The notes below the pieces were generated by a model that ran no database searches, had not been told where the DNA came from, and worked only from the letters and a program-made list of their open reading frames with translations. From an uncultured Clostridia bacterium (GTDB lineage: Bacteria > Bacillota > Clostridia > Christensenellales > UBA3700), in the NCBI GenBank assembly GCA_945872615.1, contig CAMBZZ010000004.1, positions 16,814 through 80,813 on the forward strand: 64,000 bases of DNA, in the 5' to 3' direction. The position numbers and the translations under genes were made by a program. This document shows, piece after piece, positions 56,007 to 64,000 of the stretch (its first letter is position 1; the number at the start of each line of letters is the position of its first letter).

Positions 56007-57761
56007 TTATTGTTTGTCTTTGTCGTCTTGTACTTCAGTTTCGGAGACGACTTCTTCGTCGGCGGTCTCAGCAACTACTTCGGCGTCAACGACTTGAGCA
56101 GTTTCTTCAGCAGCGGTTTCGCTTGCAACTTCAGCCACTACTTCGGCATCTGCAGTCACTTCTTCAACGGTATTTTGTTCGGCAATGGCAGCCTTTCTTG
56201 CAGCTACGCGAGCAACTGCTTCTGCTTGAGCTTTTTCGTCAAACTTATAGAAGAAGAGAGGAATGATACAAGCGAACATAGATGCACCGCAGAGGAGCGT
56301 GGTAGCAAGCCAAGTACCTTCGCAAACCTTGCTATACATACCTTGGAATGTACTTACGTCCATACCGAGTTCAGACATATTAAAGGTAATAAGTTCACCG
56401 TCAATCACTTTGCTTGCGCCGTCAACTACTTGAATAACGCCTCCGTCGCCCATGCTAAACGCGCCTACTCTGATACCGCTTTGGAAAGCTTCGAGGAATG
56501 ATTGGTCGTAACCGAACTCACCGAGCACCATCAAAGTAACGAAAGCGGTGAGAGCCATACCGATCTTGGAGATAAAGGTCTGCATTGCAAAGCAGATACC
56601 CTCTGCTCTCTCGCCCGTCTTATCTTCGAGATAGTCGATAGAGTCTGCAATCATGGCGTAAGTAAGAATGTTACTAAATCCCGAAGGAACGCCCGCAATG
56701 ATTATAATGATATAGAAGAATACTTGAGAAACCGGACTGATACCGTTGGAGCCTTTTCCTATAAAGTACAACAAAACGAGGAGCAATCCGCCGATAATGT
56801 GTGACCAGATAAATACGTTCTTTTTACCAAACTTCTTGGAGAGTGCAGGCGTAAGCAAAGTTGCCGCAAGACCGCCCGGTACGACCAACAAGAAGATGAC
56901 GCCCGCAAGCGAAAGATTCATAAGGTTGTAGTTGGCATAATAAATGGTGGTGGTCATGTATATGGTTCTCAGTCCGCCGAGCACGCCTACGAGAATGAGG
57001 AGCAACAAAGGCTTGTTCTTAAAGAGCAACTTGAGGCTCTTGCCGAGAGAGGTCTTGTTAGCTTCTTCGTCGTAATATCTCTCGGTGGTAGACTTAAATC
57101 CTACGAAGAAGGTAGGAAGAGCAACCAATACCGAAACGATAGCGATGATGAGATATGCGGTCTTATAAGCGCTAGGGTCAACCGCGTCGGTCACGGCAGG
57201 AATAATGATAGATACGACGCCGCTACCGATAGTACAAATGAGACGAGCAACGGTAAGCAAAGTGTTTCTTTGGTCGCCGTCCTTGGTCATTGCGGAGCTA
57301 AGTCCCCAATAAGGCACGTCTACTATGGTGTACGAAATACCCCAGCAAAGGTAGATAATCGTGGATATAACGAATTGGACTTTGATATTAGTGGAGAAAG
57401 TCGTAAACAGCAATACCGTAAAGATACCTATAGGAATAGGCGCATATAGCAAATACGGTCTCATCTTGCCCCACTTGGTCTTAGTTCTGTCGACTATAGA
57501 GCCCATGATAGGGTCGTTGAATGCGTCGAAGAGTCTTGCTCCGAGGAACATAAAGGCAAGCCACATCGGTGGAATCATAGCCACGTCTGTGAGGTAAACC
57601 ATAAAGAAGGTGGTAACAAGTTGGCAGATTATGTTTTGTCCAAAACCTGCAAAGGAGTAACCGAGAGCTTCCTTTGGTTGCATTTCATCCTTCTTATTTG
57701 GGTCTGTGCCCAAAAATTTGTGAAGGATAGGAAGGTCAAAAACTGATTTTTTTGTACTCAT
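56007..57761 (-). CDS. glycoside-pentoside-hexuronide (GPH) family cation symporter with a large loop insertion and an acidic repeat tail
   Basis: 584 aa. LGYSFAGFGQN...LFDAFNDPIMGSIVDRT...GKMRPYLL is a GPH/MelB-type N-terminus, with about 12 hydrophobic segments. The C-terminus has AEVVAE-type repeats. Confidence 0.8.
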   Translation of the reverse strand: MSTKKSVFDLPILHKFLGTDPNKKDEMQPKEALGYSFAGFGQNIICQLVTTFFMVYLTDVAMIPPMWLAFMFLGARLFDAFNDPIMGSIVDRTKTKWGKMRPYLLYAPIPIGIFTVLLFTTFSTNIKVQFVISTIIYLCWGISYTIVDVPYWGLSSAMTKDGDQRNTLLTVARLICTIGSGVVSIIIPAVTDAVDPSAYKTAYLIIAIVSVLVALPTFFVGFKSTTERYYDEEANKTSLGKSLKLLFKNKPLLLLILVGVLGGLRTIYMTTTIYYANYNLMNLSLAGVIFLLVVPGGLAATLLTPALSKKFGKKNVFIWSHIIGGLLLVLLYFIGKGSNGISPVSQVFFYIIIIIAGVPSGFSNILTYAMIADSIDYLEDKTGERAEGICFAMQTFISKIGMALTAFVTLMVLGEFGYDQSFLEAFQSGIRVGAFSMGDGGVIQVVDGASKVIDGELITFNMSELGMDVSTFQGMYSKVCEGTWLATTLLCGASMFACIIPLFFYKFDEKAQAEAVARVAARKAAIAEQNTVEEVTADAEVVAEVASETAAEETAQVVDAEVVAETADEEVVSETEVQDDKDKQ

Positions 57762-58028
57762 AATTCACATCCCACGTTTATTATTATATAAAATATAACA
57801 TATATATCTTAACATAACAAAAAGGATAAGTCAATACCCCCGTCCGCCAAAAGCTACTATATTTTACATATTTTTTTGACAAAAACTCTATCCTATCACG
57901 GCGTATTTTTATTTTTTTGTATTTTATTCCAAAAAAGAAAAGATTACCTTATATTGCATTTATAATTTATACAATATTTCTACGATATTACGTTCGATGC
58001 AAAGACGTCATTCTAAGAGAGGCGCAAT

Positions 58029-58056
58029 ACAAAAATGCGACGCCGTGCGGCGTCGC
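58029..58056 (-). terminator. rho-independent terminator downstream of mazF
   Basis: Minus strand reads GCGACGCC-gcac-GGCGTCGC followed by ATTTTTGT. Confidence 0.75.
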
Positions 58057-58063
58057 AAAGTTA

Positions 58064-58405
58064 TCAAAAAAATCCGAGACTTATCAGCAATGCGTGGTTG
58101 ATTTTACTCATCATATCCACGGGCAATTCGCCTATTCTTTCTCGTAGGCGTTGTTTGTCCAACGTTCTTATTTGTTCTAACAACACCACCGAATCTTTAG
58201 GCAAGCCGTACTCGTTGGCTGACAGTTCGATATGAGTAGGAAGTTTGGCTTTGTTGATTTGAGACGTAACGGCGGCGGCAATAATCGTAGGGCTGTGTCT
58301 ATTGCCAATGTCGTTTTGGACAATGAGTACGGGTCTTACACCGCCTTGTTCGCTTCCTACCACGGGGCTAAGGTCTGCGTAATACAGTTCTCCTCTCTTA
58401 ATCAT
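58064..58405 (-). CDS. mazF: MazF/EndoA (PemK family) endoribonuclease toxin
   Basis: 113 aa. [60 protein letters not shown]...[14 protein letters not shown] is near-collinear with B. subtilis EndoA as I recall it. GGAGAG SD. Confidence 0.92.
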   Translation of the reverse strand: MIKRGELYYADLSPVVGSEQGGVRPVLIVQNDIGNRHSPTIIAAAVTSQINKAKLPTHIELSANEYGLPKDSVVLLEQIRTLDKQRLRERIGELPVDMMSKINHALLISLGFF

Positions 58406-58487
58406 AGTCTCTCCACTCGTTGAATTGCCCTATCCTATTGTATGTTAAGATAGCGACAATGGTTATTGTGGACAAGTATGATTGATT

Positions 58488-59990
58488 TTATTCTCTCTCC
58501 CGCGCTATACTTTCCAAATCGCGGACAACTTCCCCTATTTCCCTTACGCAATCGGAAGCAAGTGTCCCGTATTCTCCATATTTTTTGCATGCCTTTTTGG
58601 CGCTGTCGGCACATATAAAAGCACCGGTTGCGGCAGCCTTAATAGCCTCGACGCCTCTAGCCAGCAAGCCTACTATCACGCCCGATAGCACGTCTCCCGC
58701 TCCGCCTTTGGCTTGCGCAGGCACGCCGTCGCACATAATATAAGTTTGTTTTCCGTCCGTCACTACGGTAGAAGTACCTTTGAGCAAAACAACGACGTTA
58801 TGCTCTTTTGCAAATGTTTCGGCAACGCCCACGGGGTCGTTTAGCACTTCGCTTACGCTGAGACCGCACAGTCGCGACATTTCCTTAGGGTGAGGCGTAA
58901 TCACCACGCGCCCTACTTTGTCGTCTAGCAAATACTCGTAGCCTTGCAGACTGTTCAGCCCGTCTGCGTCAATCAAAATACTTCCGTCAAAACTATCTAA
59001 TAGATATTTTATCACGGCTCTATTGTCGTCAAAGCTCTCCCCCATGCCCATACCTACGGAGACGGCTGTAGCGGTTTGCACGAGTTTGTCCAAGGCAGGC
59101 TTATCGAAGATTATATGCTCGTCCCTACTTGCCATAGGAAAAATCGTACTGTCAACCACGCAATTTCTCAAGCTGTCCGCCAATTCGCTAGGCACGGCAA
59201 CGCAGTTGAGACCGCAACCGCTTCTCAATGCAGCTTCCCCCGCTTGAGCGAGTTTGACCGCCCCGATATACTGACCCGAGCCGCCTATGATAACGCTCTT
59301 GCCGTAGCTTCCCTTGTTGGTATTGTTTAGTCTTGCAACAAAACACTCGGCGCAAAAATTTTCGTCAACTATGTATTCTCTTGCTCCGACTATTTCTATT
59401 CCTATGTCGGCAGCGACAATTTTTCCGCACTTATCCTTGCCGTATGATAATAGATGTCCGCGTTTTAGGCTTTGGATAGCTACCGTAAGGTCTGCTCTCA
59501 CGCAATCTTTGCCTAAACCGCTGTCGCTATTTAGACCGCTGGGAATATCCACGCTCACAACGAAAGAACGGCTAGCGTTAATTAGGTCAAAAATCTCTTG
59601 CGTAGCGCTATCCGCCTGTCTATCGAAGCCTACGCCGAATATGCAATCGACGAGTATATCGCAATCGTAGTCACATTGCGATATATCGCGCGCGCTCACG
59701 CCTAAATTATATAATTTATCAACGAATATTTTGCTCGTACTCGACCTATTTTCTACTACGGCAAATACGCAAAAATCCAAGGACTTTTCCGCCAAAATGC
59801 ACGCCAAAGCATAGCCGTCCCCGCCGTTGTTGCCTTTGCCGCAGAGTATATAGGTCTTTTTACCTACCCAATCCACGCTGTCGTAGACGGCTTGAGCTGC
59901 CCTTTGCATCAAAATATCACCGCTTATACCGCCCTCGATGGTCAGTCTATCGCTCTCCTTCATAACACTCGAGCTTACGCAAAAATTCAT
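58488..59990 (-). CDS. nnr: bifunctional NAD(P)H-hydrate repair enzyme Nnr (epimerase + ADP-dependent dehydratase)
   Basis: N-terminal YjeF_N (GKGNNGGDGYA) and a C-terminal carbohydrate-kinase domain (GGAGDVLSGVI). Start placed at the ATG at 59990, which has TGAGGCGA upstream. The ORF stays open to 60041. Confidence 0.9.
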   Translation of the reverse strand: MNFCVSSSVMKESDRLTIEGGISGDILMQRAAQAVYDSVDWVGKKTYILCGKGNNGGDGYALACILAEKSLDFCVFAVVENRSSTSKIFVDKLYNLGVSARDISQCDYDCDILVDCIFGVGFDRQADSATQEIFDLINASRSFVVSVDIPSGLNSDSGLGKDCVRADLTVAIQSLKRGHLLSYGKDKCGKIVAADIGIEIVGAREYIVDENFCAECFVARLNNTNKGSYGKSVIIGGSGQYIGAVKLAQAGEAALRSGCGLNCVAVPSELADSLRNCVVDSTIFPMASRDEHIIFDKPALDKLVQTATAVSVGMGMGESFDDNRAVIKYLLDSFDGSILIDADGLNSLQGYEYLLDDKVGRVVITPHPKEMSRLCGLSVSEVLNDPVGVAETFAKEHNVVVLLKGTSTVVTDGKQTYIMCDGVPAQAKGGAGDVLSGVIVGLLARGVEAIKAAATGAFICADSAKKACKKYGEYGTLASDCVREIGEVVRDLESIARERE

Positions 59991-60192
59991 AATTCGCCTC
60001 AACGATATTTTATTACTTACCTTAGCTCGTGTCAAGGTCAAAATTTCCCTAACAATTCCACACTTGACAAAATAGCGTATATGCCTCTAATACGTTGCCG
60101 TCAACTTTCTACCATATTATCGTAGACCATATCAAATCGAGTTTTGCAAATAAGAGTAAATGTTCGCAACGAAAATATGCTCATATACTATT

Positions 60193-60217
60193 AAAAAACA
60201 GAGAGTCATCTCTCTGC
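60193..60217 (-). terminator. rho-independent terminator overlapping the recX stop codon
   Basis: Minus strand reads CAGAGAG-atga-CTCTCTG followed by TTTTTTAAT. Confidence 0.7.
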
Positions 60218-60823
60218 TTTTAGTCTGTCTATCACCGAGAATATCTCGTCACTTAAGAAGCCTCTTGCGTGCAAAAATCTTGCCAATCTCGCTACGTACT
60301 TGGGATCGTCTAAGTCGTTACCCTTGGCGTGCTTGCGGGCAACTTCGTATATCGCGTCGCCCCCGTCATCGTCCAGGTCTTGCAAAACTTGTGCAATTAT
60401 ATCTTTGGATATTCCTTTGGCAATTAGGTCGTTCCTAATACGGCTTATTCCTTTGACCACCTTATTGTATTCCACGTAGCACCTTGCCCACTCGAGGTCG
60501 TTGATATAGCCGTACTCTATTGCTTTGGACAAGCAGTACTCGACTATCGGTTTGTTGTAGCCCTTGTCGTAGAGTTTGCTCTTTAGCCCCTTAGCGGTAG
60601 GAGTGTATCGGGATATATAAGACAAAGCCCAATTCCACGCCTTGTCCTTTTCGCTCTCGAATATCAACTCTTGCAAGTCGCTATCACTGAGCATACTACC
60701 GACTTTGATATTGTTGGTTGCCAGCACTATTCTCGAAATTCCGCAACAAAACTCTCCGTCCAGATAGAGATTGGCTCTATCGATATTGCTTGACTGAATG
60801 AGTATGGCAGTCACTTCTCTCAT
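60206..60823 (-). CDS. recX: regulatory protein RecX
   Basis: 205 aa. Three helical repeats with KLYDKGY...IEYGYINDLEWA...DLIAKGIS pattern. Overlaps the ygiQ stop by 4 nt. Confidence 0.8.
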   Translation of the reverse strand: MREVTAILIQSSNIDRANLYLDGEFCCGISRIVLATNNIKVGSMLSDSDLQELIFESEKDKAWNWALSYISRYTPTAKGLKSKLYDKGYNKPIVEYCLSKAIEYGYINDLEWARCYVEYNKVVKGISRIRNDLIAKGISKDIIAQVLQDLDDDGGDAIYEVARKHAKGNDLDDPKYVARLARFLHARGFLSDEIFSVIDRLKAER

Positions 60824-62784
60824 TTTTTGCCTCTCTTTTTGGGTGTCGATTTTCCCTTGGCACGCTTTTTGGCGCTGTTGATTTTGTCTATCTTGGCTTG
60901 GTCTACGTACACCACGCCACTACGAGTTTTGACGGCTTTTTTGCCACTGACGTTATTAGGCTTTTTCTCTATATAGCCCGACTTTGCCTCTTCTTTTAGT
61001 GGTTTGATAAGACAAGACTCTTTGAAGCCAATGAGGTCTTGCCTTCCCGCCTCGATGAGAGCCTCTTTGACGAGATTGTAGTTTTCCTTTTTTCTATACT
61101 GCATCAAAGCCCTTTGCAATTGTTTTTCTCGCTTAGATTTAGGTACGTACACCTCTTGCATGGTATCGGGATTGATACCCGTATAGTACATGCATGTCGA
61201 CTTGGTGGACGGCGTTGGATAGAAGTCTTGCACTTGCTCGGGCATATATCCTATCGACTTGAGATAGAGCGCAAGGTTGATAGCGTCATCGAGAGTGCAG
61301 CCGGGGTGCGAAGAAATAAGGTATGGCACCAAGTATTGCTTTTTGCCGAGTTTTTTGTTAATATCGTCAAACTTTTTCTTAAATTTTAGATACAAGTCGA
61401 AGTTTGGCTTGTTCATATTTTTTAGCACGTTGTCGCTAACGTGCTCGGGCGCGACTTTGAGTTGACCCGACACATGGTATTTGATTACCTCTTCGATAAA
61501 CTCGTCGCTGTCGTCGTACATTGCGTAGTCGTATCTTATACCGCTGCGGATAAACACCTTCTTGACGCCCTCTATTTGTCTAAGCGTGCGCAGCAAATCG
61601 AGATACTCGCTATGGTCGACCTTCATATTCGGACAAGGCTTGTAGCCGATACATTGCCTATCGGGACATACGCCCTTATCCCATTGTTTAGAGCAAGCGG
61701 GGTCACGGAAGTTGGCTGTTGGTCCGCCCACGTCGTGTATATATCCTTTGAAGTCGGCGTCCTTAGTAAATTCCACCGCCTCTTGCACTATGCTTTCTTT
61801 GGAGCGTTTTTGCACTACTCTGCCTTGGTGATAGGCAATGGCGCAATAGTTGCAGTTGCCGTAACAACCTCGTACCGAAGTAATGCTATATTTGACCTCT
61901 TCGATAGCGGGCACGCCCTTGGTATATTTGGGGTGATAAGTCCTCTCGTAAGGCAGGGCGTAAATCTCGTCCATTTCCTTGCTACTCATAGGCAGTTGCA
62001 TAGGATTTTGCACCAGATATTTGTCGCCGTGCTTTTGCAAGACTACCTTGCCATGAGCGTGGTCGTTGGTTTTCGTCTGGGTATTAAATGCCCTCACGTA
62101 AGCGAGCTTGTCGCTCTTGACTGCTTCGTAGCTCTCGCAAAATACCGCCTTACGGCTATCAATATCCTCTTTGATTTTATTTGGCAACCCATCAAAGTCG
62201 CTGAGATAGCAAGTACCCCTCACGTCCTTGATTTTGGACAGCGGAACGCCCCTTTTGAGATACCCGACAATATCCTTGATAGGTCGCTCGCCCATACCGT
62301 ATATGAGTAGGTCGGCTTTGCTCGACACGAGAATGCTCGGCAAAACCTTGTCCGCCCAATAATCGTAGTGTGCAAATCTTCTTAGCGAAGCCTCTATTCC
62401 GCCTATGACGATAGTGCTGTCGGGATAGAGCCTCTTGAGCGTATTACAATACACGTCCACGGCTCTGTCGGGGCGAAGACCTGCTTGTCCGCCCTCGCTG
62501 TACACGTCACGACTTCTTTTGATTTTGGCAACGGTATAGTTGTTGACCATACTGTCCACCACGCCGCTTGACACCAAAAAGCCCATCTTAGGCTCGCCGA
62601 AAATACGATAATCCTCGTCCTTTTGCGGCTGAGTGATTATAGCAATACTGAGACCCATACTTTGTATGAGTCTCGATACTATTGCGTGCCCGAAGGAGGG
62701 GTGGTCTACGTAGGCTTCGCCTATCACGTACACCAAGTCCACTCTGCCCGACACTTCGTGTTTTTCGGTTGGTAAAAAAGCCAT
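60820..62784 (-). CDS. ygiQ: YgiQ family (UPF0313) radical SAM protein
   Basis: 654 aa. The N-terminal MAFLPT...DHPSFGHAIVSRL is typical of YgiQ. Radical SAM CGNCNYC cluster motif and a basic C-terminal tail. Confidence 0.85.
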   Translation of the reverse strand: MAFLPTEKHEVSGRVDLVYVIGEAYVDHPSFGHAIVSRLIQSMGLSIAIITQPQKDEDYRIFGEPKMGFLVSSGVVDSMVNNYTVAKIKRSRDVYSEGGQAGLRPDRAVDVYCNTLKRLYPDSTIVIGGIEASLRRFAHYDYWADKVLPSILVSSKADLLIYGMGERPIKDIVGYLKRGVPLSKIKDVRGTCYLSDFDGLPNKIKEDIDSRKAVFCESYEAVKSDKLAYVRAFNTQTKTNDHAHGKVVLQKHGDKYLVQNPMQLPMSSKEMDEIYALPYERTYHPKYTKGVPAIEEVKYSITSVRGCYGNCNYCAIAYHQGRVVQKRSKESIVQEAVEFTKDADFKGYIHDVGGPTANFRDPACSKQWDKGVCPDRQCIGYKPCPNMKVDHSEYLDLLRTLRQIEGVKKVFIRSGIRYDYAMYDDSDEFIEEVIKYHVSGQLKVAPEHVSDNVLKNMNKPNFDLYLKFKKKFDDINKKLGKKQYLVPYLISSHPGCTLDDAINLALYLKSIGYMPEQVQDFYPTPSTKSTCMYYTGINPDTMQEVYVPKSKREKQLQRALMQYRKKENYNLVKEALIEAGRQDLIGFKESCLIKPLKEEAKSGYIEKKPNNVSGKKAVKTRSGVVYVDQAKIDKINSAKKRAKGKSTPKKRGKK

Positions 62785-64000
62785 TATTTGAAGTATTCCA
62801 CTCCGCTTTCAAAGAGTTTCATATCGTAGTTACCCTCTACGTTTTTGTAGAGATTGTCGTCTATTCTTTCGCTGTGACCCATCTTGCCGAGCACTCTGCC
62901 GTCAGGGGAAATTATGCCCTCGATAGCCTTCATACTACCGTTAGGGTTGTAAGGCGAAGTCATAGTCGCATTGCCGAACAAGTCGACGTATTGCGTCGCT
63001 ACTTGCCCCGCTTTGACGAGTTTGTCGAGTTCTTCTTGTCCCGAGACAAATCTTCCCTCGCCGTGGCTTACGGCAACTTTGTACACCTCGTCGACACGGC
63101 AAGCGTTGAGCCAAGGCGACTTGTTGGTAGCCACTCTCACGTTGACTATAGTCGATACGTGTCGAGAAATATTGTTGAAGGTCAAGGTAGAAGCGTCGGC
63201 TTTTTGCTCTCTTATGTCGCCGTAAGGCACTAAGCCCAACTTGATGAGTGCTTGGAAGCCGTTGCATATACCTATGGCAAGTCCGTCTCTTTCGTACAAC
63301 AGTTTCATTACCGCTTCGGCGATTGCAGGGTTTTTGAAGGTCGTTGCGATAAACTTACCGCTTCCGTCAGGCTCGTCGCCACCGCTAAATCCACCCGGGA
63401 AAGCAAGTATTTGTGCCTTGTCTAGTGCCTTAACCAAAGCTTTAGCCGTGTCTTCTATATCCTTGGAAGATTGGTTTTTGACGATGAATATATCGGCTTT
63501 TGCGCCCGCTCTCTCAAAGGCTCTTGCCGTGTCGTATTCGCAGTTAGTTCCCGGGAATACGGGTATTAGAACGGTAGGTTTGACGATATTTCTAGGCGCT
63601 CTCTCGTGCTTGCGAGCCACGCAAATGAGATTGTTAGCCTCTCCGCTAGCAGGCGCAGTGGTTGGAAATACGCTCTCGAGCGTACCCGTAAACGCTTCGA
63701 TAGCCTTATCCATCTTGACTTCCACACCGCATAGGTCGCAAGTATAAGTCCCGTTGAGAGTAGCAACCTTTTGCACGTCAAATCCACTCAAGCCGTCTAC
63801 GTCCTCGGCAAGAATTACCAAGTCGCCGAATCGCGGAGTAAGCATATCCACGGTCAGCGCTTCCCAATCGGTGCCCGCCTTGTTACCCATACAAGCCTTA
63901 AATACGCTAGCTAGTACGCCGCCCTCTTCCACCACGTTGCACGCCTTGATTTTGCCCGCCACGATAGCGTCGTTGATAGCGTCGTAGAGTTTTAGCGTCT
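62784..64000 (-). CDS. purL: phosphoribosylformylglycinamidine synthase (single-chain large PurL), C-terminal part including the glutamine amidotransferase domain; continues past the window end
   Basis: GATase motif AFPGGFSGGDE...GICNGFQALIKLGLVP...HGEGRF. The reading frame stays open through 64000 (…TLKLYDAINDAIVAGKIKAC…). Its stop overlaps the ygiQ ATG (TAATG). Confidence 0.9.
   Translation of the reverse strand, partial: TLKLYDAINDAIVAGKIKACNVVEEGGVLASVFKACMGNKAGTDWEALTVDMLTPRFGDLVILAEDVDGLSGFDVQKVATLNGTYTCDLCGVEVKMDKAIEAFTGTLESVFPTTAPASGEANNLICVARKHERAPRNIVKPTVLIPVFPGTNCEYDTARAFERAGAKADIFIVKNQSSKDIEDTAKALVKALDKAQILAFPGGFSGGDEPDGSGKFIATTFKNPAIAEAVMKLLYERDGLAIGICNGFQALIKLGLVPYGDIREQKADASTLTFNNISRHVSTIVNVRVATNKSPWLNACRVDEVYKVAVSHGEGRFVSGQEELDKLVKAGQVATQYVDLFGNATMTSPYNPNGSMKAIEGIISPDGRVLGKMGHSERIDDNLYKNVEGNYDMKLFESGVEYFK

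Noticed and set aside
58435-58614. 59-codon minus-strand frame overlapping the nnr 3' end, considered as a hidden MazE antitoxin
   Set aside because: The sequence (MCRQRQKGMQKIWRIRDTCFRLRKGNRGSCPRF...) is strongly basic and Cys-rich. It has no RHH/AbrB-like N-terminus or acidic C-terminus and no SD. It looks like an out-of-frame artefact of nnr. It is kept as a test in the mazF finding.

Overview
The window looks like chromosomal core from an endospore-forming Firmicute of the class Clostridia. Supporting signs: a type-A RNase P RNA, a long Bacillus-type SRP RNA, and sigK/sigG/sigE/spoIIGA next to the cell-division genes. I call 64 protein or RNA genes. About 58 are on the minus strand, and they are tightly packed.

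Gene content, left to right:
- cdsA(partial)-uppS-frr-pyrH-tsf-rpsB
- a DUF1292 gene and ruvX, an ABC exporter pair, rarA, rnpB
- sigK, nrdR, ylmC, sigG, sigE, spoIIGA
- a dcw cluster: ftsZ, ftsA, ftsQ, murA, ftsW, murD, mraY, murE, PBP, an odd FtsL-slot gene, rsmH, mraZ
- an ASCH gene and a metallophosphoesterase gene
- engB-lon-clpX-clpP-tig, rqcH (+), rluD-lspA-sepF-ylmE
- a tandem-OB protein, a polysaccharide deacetylase, SRP RNA (+), a SPOR-like membrane protein, comEB
- groES-groEL (+) with a CIRCE operator
- a DivIVA-domain gene, pncB, lgt, galK / galT
- an Imm5-like helical protein, recR-ybaB-dnaX, a GPH transporter, mazF, nnr, recX, ygiQ, purL (partial)

I found no tRNA or rRNA genes, no CRISPR array, no transposase, integrase or prophage genes, and no recognisable defence island. 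I cannot point to a convincing new multi-gene system.

Observations worth a second look:
1. A roughly 122-nt palindromic interspersed repeat, with 2.5 copies at two loci.
2. Three genes (rarA, ftsA, spoIIGA) whose ATG lies exactly 6 nt after a TATAAT box with no Shine-Dalgarno (SD) sequence, a leaderless layout. Most other starts I checked have an AGGAGG-type SD.
3. Divisome proteins carrying Tyr/Asn/Gln/Pro-rich low-complexity domains. One is a 232-aa bitopic protein in the FtsL slot. Another is a SepF whose membrane-targeting-like motif is internal.
4. An EndoA-type mazF with no antitoxin gene upstream.
5. A DUF1292 protein ending in a 9-Cys tail.
6. Phased repeat motifs upstream of mraZ.

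All functional calls come from reading the translations and motifs by eye. No database search was run.
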